Shown piece by piece: positions 17,901 through 26,602 of a DNA stretch of 35,209 bases (positions within the stretch are counted from its first letter, which is position 1; each line of letters starts with the position of its first letter). The stretch lies in the IMG/VR virus record IMGVR_UViG_3300032087_003848; one strand, written 5' to 3'. Source of the stretch: an uncultured virus (IMG/VR IMGVR_UViG_3300032087_003848). Taxonomy: Duplodnaviria > Heunggongvirae > Uroviricota > Caudoviricetes. The translations under genes were made by a program, and so were the position numbers. The notes beneath the pieces were generated by a model. It did not search any database, was not told the origin of the DNA, and saw only the letters and a program-made list of their open reading frames with translations.

Positions 17901-18256
17901 TTTTTTTCCTTGTCCTCCCCGATATCTAGAGGATTAGGAAGTATTTCTTTTAATTGGTTTCCTACGAATGGAGACAATTTTAGCATATCAATTGCTGATA
18001 AGTTTGGTTCAGTTTTAACAATAAAGTTTTCCATCATGTATTTGAACATGGCATTCATGTCCATTTTCATGTCTTGGCTCTTTACATCAATCTTCATTAA
18101 AGAATTTATGGCTTTATCAACTTCAAGCCATGTAGGTTCTTTAATCCATACCTTAAGGTATTCATCACTTTCGGGTGCTACTTTAACATAATGTAGCACG
18201 GGTTCTGCTAGCGCAAATAGCGCATTCTTATCTGTTACAATTTTTCTCTCTAACAT
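17891..18256 (-). CDS. Tail assembly chaperone (gpG-like)
   Basis: Between tail tube and TMP; slippery site at the 3' end; ATG 18256 behind AGGTGG. Confidence 0.85.
   Translation of the reverse strand: MLERKIVTDKNALFALAEPVLHYVKVAPESDEYLKVWIKEPTWLEVDKAINSLMKIDVKSQDMKMDMNAMFKYMMENFIVKTEPNLSAIDMLKLSPFVGNQLKEILPNPLDIGEDKEKNEE
17900..17906 (-). other. Slippery heptamer A-AAA-AAC for programmed -1 ribosomal frameshift
   Basis: Minus strand GAA AAA AAC GAA GAA TAA; in-frame X XXY YYZ two codons before the stop. Confidence 0.85.
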
Positions 18257-18304
18257 TTTCTCCACCTTCTAACCAACAAACAAACAAACGGTGTTGGTGG
18301 AATA

Positions 18305-18427
18305 TTATTCTGTTTTAGATTTAGGGGTTTCCTTTTTTTCTTCTTTAACGGCTTTCTTTTCAGCCTTGATTTCTTTCTTAGTCTTATTGCGAGCAATAAT
18401 TCTTGCTCTCTTTGCATACTTATCCAA
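18305..18427 (-). CDS. 40-aa Lys-rich protein (different frame from the track's 18250..18432 ORF)
   Basis: GGGGTGA SD then TTG; MDKYAKRARIIARNKTKKEIKAEKKAVKEEKKETPKSKTE; no overlap with neighbours. Confidence 0.6.
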   Translation of the reverse strand: MDKYAKRARIIARNKTKKEIKAEKKAVKEEKKETPKSKTE

Positions 18428-18432
18428 ATCAA

Positions 18433-20067
18433 TCACCCCTGTAAAATCCAATGTGTTTTAACTTTGCATAGGCTTAGGTTTCTAGGCATAACTGTTGCTT
18501 CAACAACAATTGGTCCTTTGTCTTCCTGTATTGGGAAATTATTAGCCGAGATAAAGTAATCTGTAAAGTTTAGAGTAATACTTTCTCCATCAGGCTTTGT
18601 AAATACTAACTCAATAGTCTGTGTTTGATTCTCATCATCATTTCTAAGAGCATTATACAGTGCATTATCAGTAACGTGACCTGTAAATTGAATCTCATAT
18701 GTTCTTTGTGCCGGAAGAGAAACCTGCACTTCTTTAGATGCAACTCCTAAGAATCTTCTATCTTGTAAAGTATTATTCATTGTCAATGTCAAAGTATTTA
18801 TCTTTAAGAAAGTTTGACCTAATACCTTGAATGTTCCATCAGAAAAGAAGAACGGCTCTCTAAATTCTTGTGCTGAGTTAGCAGTATTCGTTGAACCATC
18901 TTCAAAGTTAAAGAATTCTTTTTCATCTGTTACACCTCTTCGAGCATCATACTTCTCATCCTGTTGTAATTGATGAACATTTCTAGTATTCAAACTCATG
19001 GTCATCTTAACTTCTTCATTTTCATTAGCAGTCATAGTTAAAGTATTAACTCGGCAACCCCTTGCTATTTGAACGAAGTTTAGGTCTTCATCAGCAGAAG
19101 CATTATTTGTTCTATAAATATTAGTCCCTGTTAATTTAGAATGATTGTATTCTAAAGCAAAAGAAGGTAACAGGTCACTGTTTTGTTCTTCAAATGTGTA
19201 TTCAATATGTCTTGTAATATTTCCGCTTGAAATAGCAGGTCTATTTAATTTCTTAACATCATTTTGAGTCTCAACCTGTTGGGGGTTTAAAGGAGGACAA
19301 ATATCGTTTCCAATAACTCTATAAAAAATCGGTCCTGTTTCAACAAAACCATTAATTAAATTCTGTCCTGTTGGAATAGCAACCGGTGGGTCAGCATCAT
19401 TCAAAGCCTCAATTAAAACAACATTGGCATCCCCGGATTCAAATCTTGTTGAAGGGCTTGTCGCAGTCGCTAAAGTGCAAGTCAATTCTGTGCATTTACC
19501 TAAGAAATAATACAACCATGCACCATGATTCGCTACTATGTTTAAATCAGCAGTGCCAAAATTAGTAATTCCTTTGTATTGATAAGTATAGTTTCTTGAA
19601 CCGCCTAGACTTAGATTTACTTGTTTCATTTCGGGTTCAACAGTAGGAAATGTTGCACTTTCAAGAATACCTAGCCATTGGTCAGAAAGCAGTTTTTTTA
19701 CATCATTATCAATGCTATCAAAAGGTGCAGGAACAGGTGCGCCATATGACTTGATAACGAAGTAATCTGTTGAGGCAGGTGTAACTGTATCTGTAATAGT
19801 TACACTATCAGCATTATTAGATTTAATTATATGAGAAGAAGCAAGACTTCCGCCCGTAGTATATCTTTCTAGAGTGCATCCGATATAAAGGTCATTTAAT
19901 AATTTAAAATTAGCAGTAAATCCTGTTGCTGCTTGAATAACACTTACAGTTTCACTACCTGTAAATGCACTTCCTCCGTCTTGAACTCCTACTCCTAAAT
20001 ACAAATCACATTCCGGTATGAATGTTAAACTTGTTCCTGCTCCCAAAAATATCTCTTCATTTGCCAT
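18433..20067 (-). CDS. Major tail tube protein with accessory insertions
   Basis: GCRVNTLTMTA...VKMTMSL, NTLQDRRFLG...QRTYEIQFT; upstream of chaperone and TMP. Confidence 0.8.
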   Translation of the reverse strand: MANEEIFLGAGTSLTFIPECDLYLGVGVQDGGSAFTGSETVSVIQAATGFTANFKLLNDLYIGCTLERYTTGGSLASSHIIKSNNADSVTITDTVTPASTDYFVIKSYGAPVPAPFDSIDNDVKKLLSDQWLGILESATFPTVEPEMKQVNLSLGGSRNYTYQYKGITNFGTADLNIVANHGAWLYYFLGKCTELTCTLATATSPSTRFESGDANVVLIEALNDADPPVAIPTGQNLINGFVETGPIFYRVIGNDICPPLNPQQVETQNDVKKLNRPAISSGNITRHIEYTFEEQNSDLLPSFALEYNHSKLTGTNIYRTNNASADEDLNFVQIARGCRVNTLTMTANENEEVKMTMSLNTRNVHQLQQDEKYDARRGVTDEKEFFNFEDGSTNTANSAQEFREPFFFSDGTFKVLGQTFLKINTLTLTMNNTLQDRRFLGVASKEVQVSLPAQRTYEIQFTGHVTDNALYNALRNDDENQTQTIELVFTKPDGESITLNFTDYFISANNFPIQEDKGPIVVEATVMPRNLSLCKVKTHWILQG

Positions 20068-20094
20068 ATTAAACTCCCCCTTCCTACTAACTTA

Positions 20095-20607
20095 CTAGGG
20101 AATACTTCGTGCGAATCTTTTTGCTTCTGTTGTGACTTTATATCCGAATAAACGTTTTGCTCTATCATTACTTTCTGTTCTGCTTCCTAAAAATAATTGG
20201 TCAAATTTAGAACCATCACTTGCAGTATAGCCTTTCCGCTTACTCTCAATTACACGACGAAGTATCAAGTATATAGCCCTTAGCCTATCTTTGCCATAAG
20301 AGGCATCTATTCCGCCTCTTTCGTCATGTAATACTCTAATATGAATAGTAAATGTATAACTCTCATTTCTTATATCGTAATGAATAGTATTGTATTCTAT
20401 GTTTTGACTATCTTCAAAAACAACAATTGTAGCAGGTGAACGACTTAAATCAACTCTAACTCCCTTGTGTTTAGTAGTATTTCTAACATCTAAAAAGTCC
20501 GGGGTAACTGCATGACTAGCAGAAATAGTTCCTGCACTAACTAAAGCCGTAGCATTACTACTCCAATTATTAGACAATAAATCTAAGAGTAAACTGACTT
20601 CATCCAT
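20095..20607 (-). CDS. Tail terminator / neck protein
   Basis: Size, alpha/beta pattern and position directly upstream of the tube gene. Confidence 0.6.
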   Translation of the reverse strand: MDEVSLLLDLLSNNWSSNATALVSAGTISASHAVTPDFLDVRNTTKHKGVRVDLSRSPATIVVFEDSQNIEYNTIHYDIRNESYTFTIHIRVLHDERGGIDASYGKDRLRAIYLILRRVIESKRKGYTASDGSKFDQLFLGSRTESNDRAKRLFGYKVTTEAKRFARSIP

Positions 20608-20780
20608 GTTTCTATTCCCTCGATTATTGCTTTTTCATAGGCTTCTTCTGCAAATTGTAAAACTTCTTCATCACTAAATGAAATGTCATATCCTAATATT
20701 TCTGATAATTCCTGTAACGCTAGTTGTCTCTCTTTTTGAATTGATAATAATTCATTAAACAATTGTAAATTTACTTTCAT
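20583..20780 (-). CDS. Small acidic hypothetical protein
   Basis: Fills the gap between adaptor and terminator genes. Confidence 0.6.
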   Translation of the reverse strand: MKVNLQLFNELLSIQKERQLALQELSEILGYDISFSDEEVLQFAEEAYEKAIIEGIETWMKSVYS

Positions 20781-20781
20781 A

Positions 20782-22101
20782 CTAACCGAGGAAATATACT
20801 AAGTCTCCCTTCCCCTTGAGAATATCCATAGCCTCTTGCTTTAAAATATCATACTTTTCTTTAGTTGTAATATTAGCACCTGTTTCAGCAATTAATACAC
20901 TTTGGTCATCATGTCTTAGTATTTCTGCTGCTGCTAATTTAGTTGCTGCTTCATGTATAGCAGCAGGGACTCTCCCATTACCTGCTAGATAAGTAACTAT
21001 TACTGAATTCTTTTCATGGTAAGGATAGTCTCTTAAGAAGAATATTCTTCCTTCTGATTTGATAGTCCAATAGGAACCTAGCCTTCTTAGGTCTTCTTTA
21101 TCAGTAAAGTTAGTTAAATCACAAACTGTTGGTATTTTGTCATCAGTTGTAAATGTAGCAGTTCCCGAACCTGTATTTGTTGCTGATGCAGACATAGTAA
21201 CATTAGTCGAATCAACAATAGCAGTAATTGTAGTTCCACTAGGAATATGATTACCTTGTTCTGCTATTTCCATACCTACAATTAATTTAGACGAATCCGC
21301 CACAACAAGATTAGTGCTGCCGTTTGTATGTGTTACTGATTGTTTTATGGTTGCTTTGAGAACACATTCTGCCCCGTCATCACCGGAAAGTAGGGATGAA
21401 ATGAGGACTCTCTTGCCGTTTGCTCTGTCCTTTGCAGCATAGAAAAAATCAGAAATTGACAAACTATTCGGTGTTGATGACAATGATTTCAAAGCCGTAG
21501 CACCTGTAAAGTTAGATGTGCTAGACGGAAATTGTTCATTAACTAGAGAGACTATTTCATCATTCGTAGTTTTAATTCCAAACGTGTTACAGAATTCATC
21601 ATTTCCTAAATCGGAAATGTTATTCTCAGCAACCATTTCAAATGAATCTCCGCTATTAGGTAATTCTAAAATTATAGAATTTAAATCTCTAAAGTTTTCT
21701 TGAAGTAGTATCTTGGCTTGTGCCGATGCTAATTCTTCATATTCGCTACCTTGCCAAACTTGTAAAGATATTACCTTTCTCAATCTTAGTTGGGATAGTT
21801 GAATAAAACCAACATATCCTCCATAATAAGAATGCATTGGTAGTGTCTTGAATTGAAAATCATGGAATTCATTCTTAGTAATAATAGGCCTAAAAGAACG
21901 CTTTACTTTATCATCAATAAGTCCCTCGACTCTTTTGATAATTGCACCGACTTGTGCTAAAGTAGGATAAGTAGTGCTAGCAGTAAAAACAGGAACCTGT
22001 AATAGATTAGCAACTTCAGTTGCATTAGTATAGAATCCTCTTCCGTCTGTATAACTAGGATTTATTTCTGTAAAATCACTTGGCGATACTGTTACTGACA
22101 T
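20782..22101 (-). CDS. Head-tail adaptor (HK97 gp6/SPP1 gp15-like) with large insertion
   Basis: YTNATEVANLL...IKRVEGLIDD at the N-terminus; VIVTYLAG..RVPAAIHEAATKLAA at the C-terminus. Confidence 0.75.
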   Translation of the reverse strand: MSVTVSPSDFTEINPSYTDGRGFYTNATEVANLLQVPVFTASTTYPTLAQVGAIIKRVEGLIDDKVKRSFRPIITKNEFHDFQFKTLPMHSYYGGYVGFIQLSQLRLRKVISLQVWQGSEYEELASAQAKILLQENFRDLNSIILELPNSGDSFEMVAENNISDLGNDEFCNTFGIKTTNDEIVSLVNEQFPSSTSNFTGATALKSLSSTPNSLSISDFFYAAKDRANGKRVLISSLLSGDDGAECVLKATIKQSVTHTNGSTNLVVADSSKLIVGMEIAEQGNHIPSGTTITAIVDSTNVTMSASATNTGSGTATFTTDDKIPTVCDLTNFTDKEDLRRLGSYWTIKSEGRIFFLRDYPYHEKNSVIVTYLAGNGRVPAAIHEAATKLAAAEILRHDDQSVLIAETGANITTKEKYDILKQEAMDILKGKGDLVYFLG

Positions 22102-24233
22102 TATTCAAGTCCTCCTATTAGTCTCTTAATTTTTCTAATGACTTTTCTATATCCACCAATTGTTCTATTTAATTCCCTATTTCTTCTAGGCCTAAGTTGA
22201 ACTGAAGGTATTTCATATGCCTGCATAAGATAGCCTTTAATTGAGATATTAGTATCTTTGAATGATTCATTTATTTCGTCTATTGGAACTTGTCCTGTTT
22301 TATAAGTTATTTTTCCAAACTCGGAAGTGATATCTTCTCCGGTATTTGCATCCAATACTTCTTTTGCCCCTTCTCTTTTAATTCTAGCAATATCTTCTGC
22401 TTGTGTTTCTCGGTAAACTCTTTCGTATTCTTGTTTTTTCTTGGGGGAGAGTTTATCGTATTCCTTATCAGTAATTTGTTTTACTTCAATTCTTTGATAT
22501 TCTTCCTTTTCCTCAGAAGAGAGTTTATCATATTCTCTGTTAGTAATTCGCACACCTTCTCCGTTTTTCCAACCCTCTTTGGTTTTCCAACCTTCGCTTA
22601 CTTCATAGACATCTGCATCTTCATCTGTTATTCCTTGTTCAAATGCGTCTTTCATACTAGAATATAATTCCTTAGTTTTGCCCTTTTTGACTTTAAAAGT
22701 GACATATACTCTTATTCCCATAACTCTATTATATTCTTTAAGTAAATCAGAATCCTTTGCTTCCTTCTTTACCATTTCAGTAATCTTTTTTACTAAAGTT
22801 TCGATTTGGTCATCATTCTCATATGACATGGAAATAGGAGTGCTTTCACCACCTTTTATTGTATATTCAATTGGCTCATCAACTTCTTCCCATTTTTTAT
22901 TGAAATTGTTGTATTTATAATTTAATTTAGCCTTATTTTTTCCTTGCGCTACTTCTTCAAAAGCGGCTGCAATAAAGCCATCAACAGGATATGCTATGGT
23001 GGTAGCAGGTATTCCTACAGCAGTCTCATATTCTTCGTAAGTTAATTTTCTTTCAATTAGTTTTCTTTTATATTTATCTTTTTCTTTGTTAGATAATTTA
23101 TCATAATCTTCATTACTAATTGTTATACTATTATTTTTCTTACTTATCCACATTGTTTCATCTTCTTCTTGCTCAATAAAACCATCAAAAACATCGCTAA
23201 CTTTTTTGTTCTCTGATTTGGCTTGCTTTTCTGCGCCGTCATATTCTTTAGAATATTTATCAAACATTTCTTTAATTCTTCTATTTTTTTCGCTTTCGGA
23301 AACCTTCTCTCTTTCTCCTGCCATTTGACCTAGTTTACCCATTTCAAAAACTTTGGTTTGAATCGTTCTTTTAGATAATTCATCATTCAATTCTTCTATG
23401 AAATCTTCATCTAAACTGAGGTCATATCTCTCTAATGTATCTTCTAATAAATCGAAAGATTGATTTTTAGCCACAGGCTTTACTATATTACCTGACATAT
23501 TAGATAATACAGATGCTCTTTTTTTGCTTATATCTTCTAATTCATCAGTTAAAGGTCTATCCGAACCTAATTGATTTGGATAGTCAATAATTAAATGTGC
23601 TTTATCTTTCAGATTTTTATCCGTCAAAACACTTGTTCCTGTATTTATTTTACCGGTAGGTTCTCCGCCTCTTGTTGATTCTTCTAAAACCAATTCATAA
23701 TCAAACTTAGGAGAGCGAACAATTTTATCAATTTCTTCTTCGCTTAGTTTCTTTTCTAAGTTTTCTTCTTGGCTTCTTAGATAATTTAATCCCTTAAGTC
23801 TTCTAATAACTTCGGGTTTCATTAAATCTTTTAATTTTTTATTTTCAATATATTTTTTATTGGCTTCGTTTTCAACTTGAACATCCTTTGTTTCAAATAC
23901 ATCAACTTCTTTGCCATCAACTTCTTTTGTTCCTGTTTTTGTTGTTTTAGAAGTTCTTCTTCTTTTGATAAAATTACTCCATCCGGGTGATTTTTTTAGC
24001 CATTCTGATAAGTCTTCATCAAGGACTTCGCCTATTACTTGTTTTAAAACCGAGGAAAACTCATCCATTTCTTCATCATCATCTTCTAAAGCATATTGAA
24101 CTGCTAAAATTTTCTTATAGAAAGTGTCATCACTTGGATTACTTAATGCATTTCTAAATTCTATTTTGAAATCGTCTTTGGTTGATGTATCTTCAGTATC
24201 AACATAATTGTCTCCCCATAAAAAATCAACCAT
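22101..24233 (-). CDS. Large charged (E/K/D-rich) hypothetical protein with internal repeats
   Basis: 710-aa ORF, GGTGA SD; three YDKLS repeats. Confidence 0.8.
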   Translation of the reverse strand: MVDFLWGDNYVDTEDTSTKDDFKIEFRNALSNPSDDTFYKKILAVQYALEDDDEEMDEFSSVLKQVIGEVLDEDLSEWLKKSPGWSNFIKRRRTSKTTKTGTKEVDGKEVDVFETKDVQVENEANKKYIENKKLKDLMKPEVIRRLKGLNYLRSQEENLEKKLSEEEIDKIVRSPKFDYELVLEESTRGGEPTGKINTGTSVLTDKNLKDKAHLIIDYPNQLGSDRPLTDELEDISKKRASVLSNMSGNIVKPVAKNQSFDLLEDTLERYDLSLDEDFIEELNDELSKRTIQTKVFEMGKLGQMAGEREKVSESEKNRRIKEMFDKYSKEYDGAEKQAKSENKKVSDVFDGFIEQEEDETMWISKKNNSITISNEDYDKLSNKEKDKYKRKLIERKLTYEEYETAVGIPATTIAYPVDGFIAAAFEEVAQGKNKAKLNYKYNNFNKKWEEVDEPIEYTIKGGESTPISMSYENDDQIETLVKKITEMVKKEAKDSDLLKEYNRVMGIRVYVTFKVKKGKTKELYSSMKDAFEQGITDEDADVYEVSEGWKTKEGWKNGEGVRITNREYDKLSSEEKEEYQRIEVKQITDKEYDKLSPKKKQEYERVYRETQAEDIARIKREGAKEVLDANTGEDITSEFGKITYKTGQVPIDEINESFKDTNISIKGYLMQAYEIPSVQLRPRRNRELNRTIGGYRKVIRKIKRLIGGLE
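22419..23127 (-). repeat. Three protein-level repeats I[ST]xx[ED]YDKLSxxxKxxYxR
   Basis: ISNEDYDKLSNKEKDKYKR, ITNREYDKLSSEEKEEYQR, ITDKEYDKLSPKKKQEYER. Confidence 0.8.
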
Positions 24234-24244
24234 TTAGGCTCACC

Positions 24245-24898
24245 TCACATTAACCATTTAGCCCATGCAGCACCTTTTTGTATCGCTGAACCTAAACCTA
24301 AGCCTGCTTTTGGTGGCTCATAACTCATTTGTCCTGTTTGTGGGTCTATCCAATATGGCCTACCATATCCATCTGTTCCATTAGGAGGAACAGGATAACC
24401 TGTGCCATTATTCATAGCACCCTGCATTTGATTATATTGTTGCATATTACCTGTTACTCCTGCAATAGCAGCACCGGCAGCAATTTGTTGTGTCTGTCCT
24501 CCACCAAATCCTTGAGATTCTAGATATTGTTGCTTTGCCATCTTTCTTTGATTTACTACTTCTGCATTAATAGCGGATTGAAGTAGCCTTTGAATATCCA
24601 AATCAATATTCTCTTGAGTAATTCTTTCGTATTCTCTCATAGCGTCAGCATCAATTTGTATTGAATTTCCTGTCATTGTAAATTTTAATTTACTTAGCAT
24701 TTGGGAAACAACTCTCTCAATTACATCTTCCATTAGTTTTTCCAAAGCAGTTAAGAAATGTTCTCCATGATACTGAAAGAATTCCTCAACATGATTATCT
24801 TGTAGTGATAACAGATTATTCATTGATTTGAATTGTTGGTCCCCTTGTGCTTGCACTGCTCCTAAAACAGTGCCGTTACTTGTTCCTAATAATCCCAT
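24245..24898 (-). CDS. Helical, Q/G-rich protein with WW-like motif and C-terminal amphipathic helix
   Basis: DGYGRPYWIDPQTGQMSYEPP; ends LGSAIQKGAAWAKWLM. Confidence 0.8.
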   Translation of the reverse strand: MGLLGTSNGTVLGAVQAQGDQQFKSMNNLLSLQDNHVEEFFQYHGEHFLTALEKLMEDVIERVVSQMLSKLKFTMTGNSIQIDADAMREYERITQENIDLDIQRLLQSAINAEVVNQRKMAKQQYLESQGFGGGQTQQIAAGAAIAGVTGNMQQYNQMQGAMNNGTGYPVPPNGTDGYGRPYWIDPQTGQMSYEPPKAGLGLGSAIQKGAAWAKWLM

Positions 24899-24900
24899 AA

Positions 24901-25560
24901 TTATTCCTCTTTAGTTTCTTCTCTAGTAGGTATCTTTACTCCTTCGTTAATCATTAAGTAATTTAGCCTATCAGTGAGTATATTTATCTCACCAACAATC
25001 TCAATTACTTCGTTAGTAGCACTCCTATTATCTCCTAATGAGGGTGGCTTTATTAAATAACCGCTTGCAGTAAGTGTTGCTATATTCTCTTTAGTTAAAT
25101 GGGTCAAAGGACCACTTTTCAGAACCTTTGGCATCTTAGGAATATATTTAGCAAACTCTAAGCCATGCTTATCCGCAAGTATTGTCTGTTGTAGCATTTC
25201 TAATTGCATAAACATAGCAGCATGTTTAGGACAATATGTTCCTGCTAATGGCCTACCTTTCACTACATTATCTAGTGGGATAGGAGGTCTTAATGAATCT
25301 CCGGGTTCCCATATATGATGAAAACCACAAACTACGCATCTATCTTTTAAATTAAATTTTTTACCATATTTTAATCCCAAAAATTTCTTTGGTTCGGGCT
25401 TTAAAACGGCAACTAATTCTTTTAATTGTTTTTTAGGTTTAATTGCTACAAACTTGTATTCCATTATAGAACCGCTTGCTCTTGCTGCTCTCAACGGAGA
25501 TAAGAATGCAGTTGGTAACATATTTGGATTCTGTCCTATAATATTTGGTTGCTGATACAT
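24901..25560 (-). CDS. Putative Zn-finger protein
   Basis: RCVVCG...TYCPKH (CxxC/CxxH); C-terminal heptad-like helix. Confidence 0.75.
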   Translation of the reverse strand: MYQQPNIIGQNPNMLPTAFLSPLRAARASGSIMEYKFVAIKPKKQLKELVAVLKPEPKKFLGLKYGKKFNLKDRCVVCGFHHIWEPGDSLRPPIPLDNVVKGRPLAGTYCPKHAAMFMQLEMLQQTILADKHGLEFAKYIPKMPKVLKSGPLTHLTKENIATLTASGYLIKPPSLGDNRSATNEVIEIVGEINILTDRLNYLMINEGVKIPTREETKEE

Positions 25561-25590
25561 CTTTTATTCCTCAGTTTTGTTTTATTTTTC

Positions 25591-25926
25591 TTAGATAAAA
25601 TGATACTCATTTACTCCTTTCGTTCCAAGACGGTTTCCTTTATTATCAAAAATAATTTTGTTTTTTCTTTTCACTTCTAATAAATTATTTTCTCTTAATA
25701 TTTTAGTGGTAACATTTTTAATACGGTTCAAGTCCACTTTTCCCCCGCCCTGATTTGCATGAGAAGTATGTTTTTTGGCATAAGACTGATTTATTTCTTC
25801 TAGTAGTTGTAAGTATTCATCTGCACTTAAAACCTCACCTTTCATTTCTTTACCTTTGGTTAAAACAATCTCTTTAAGAAAATCATAATTTAATCTCTTT
25901 GCTGCTTTTAATACTTCTTCCCACAT
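25591..25926 (-). CDS. Basic hypothetical protein starting MWEEVLKA
   Basis: ATG 25926 just after the GTPase stop; K-rich. Confidence 0.65.
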   Translation of the reverse strand: MWEEVLKAAKRLNYDFLKEIVLTKGKEMKGEVLSADEYLQLLEEINQSYAKKHTSHANQGGGKVDLNRIKNVTTKILRENNLLEVKRKNKIIFDNKGNRLGTKGVNEYHFI

Positions 25927-25931
25927 AGTAA

Positions 25932-26600
25932 TCAATAATCCTTTATCATCGTCATTACGCCTCTATAAACCATTTCGGGTTCTGATTTTGCTGAAACTAT
26001 ATACTTAAAACAAGGTATTCCTTTATCGTTTAATTGTCTCATTCCATACTTAAACGGTTCAAAAATTTCATGTTTGTCTATTGTTTGTCCTTCTTTTAGT
26101 GGATATTTTTCTCCCCATATGTCATATTTATTTGCCCATATGCCCACTGCAATAGGATAATCTGAATCTCTTTTTTTTCTGTTAGTGGGCCAAGTATTTG
26201 CACATATTGTATCAACTAAAAACTTCCATGCTACTTGATGGTCTAAGTTAGAAGAATTATCTAAGTGCCTATGGTCTATCATAAAAATCACATACTTTAC
26301 TCTTCTTTTTTGCATGTCTTTAACCCATTCTTTCCAATAGATTGCTTCTCCGCCAACGTCTGCACTTCTAACAGTATGTGAGTCTCCGTCTATTTTAACT
26401 GTTTTTCTAGAGGCCCTATGTAATCCTACTGTTCTTTCATTTATTTGAGGCACTTCTCCCCTTGTTCTTAACTGATTACTTAACGTTGTTTTACCAACCA
26501 TTGTTGCACCATACACACCAAAATTAATTGCATGAACCTTTCTATAAAAACTAATGAATGCTTCTCCTACCAAAATGGCAAAGCCTGTCATCATTGACAA
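25932..26600 (-). CDS. Arf/Sar1-like small GTPase with N-terminal hydrophobic helix
   Basis: G1 GATMVGKT, G2 RTVG, G3 DVGGE, G4 NKYD, G5 SAK; TTG 26600 six nt after GGAGGT. Confidence 0.9.
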   Translation of the reverse strand: MSMMTGFAILVGEAFISFYRKVHAINFGVYGATMVGKTTLSNQLRTRGEVPQINERTVGLHRASRKTVKIDGDSHTVRSADVGGEAIYWKEWVKDMQKRRVKYVIFMIDHRHLDNSSNLDHQVAWKFLVDTICANTWPTNRKKRDSDYPIAVGIWANKYDIWGEKYPLKEGQTIDKHEIFEPFKYGMRQLNDKGIPCFKYIVSAKSEPEMVYRGVMTMIKDY

Positions 26601-26602
26601 GA

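Noticed and set aside
18274..18290. (CAAA)n microsatellite or mini-CRISPR-like repeat
   Set aside because: Only three units and no spacers; better explained as part of the leader RNA structure
18250..18432. 60-aa ORF from the track
   Set aside because: Overlaps the chaperone start and its TTG directly abuts the SD; the 18305..18427 frame fits better
18433..20067. Tail sheath (myovirus) assignment for the 544-aa protein
   Set aside because: Tube-like motifs, followed by the chaperone and TMP with no separate tube gene
24878..24898. MGLLGTS as an N-myristoylation signal
   Set aside because: N-myristoyltransferase is not known in archaea and the match is too short to be meaningful
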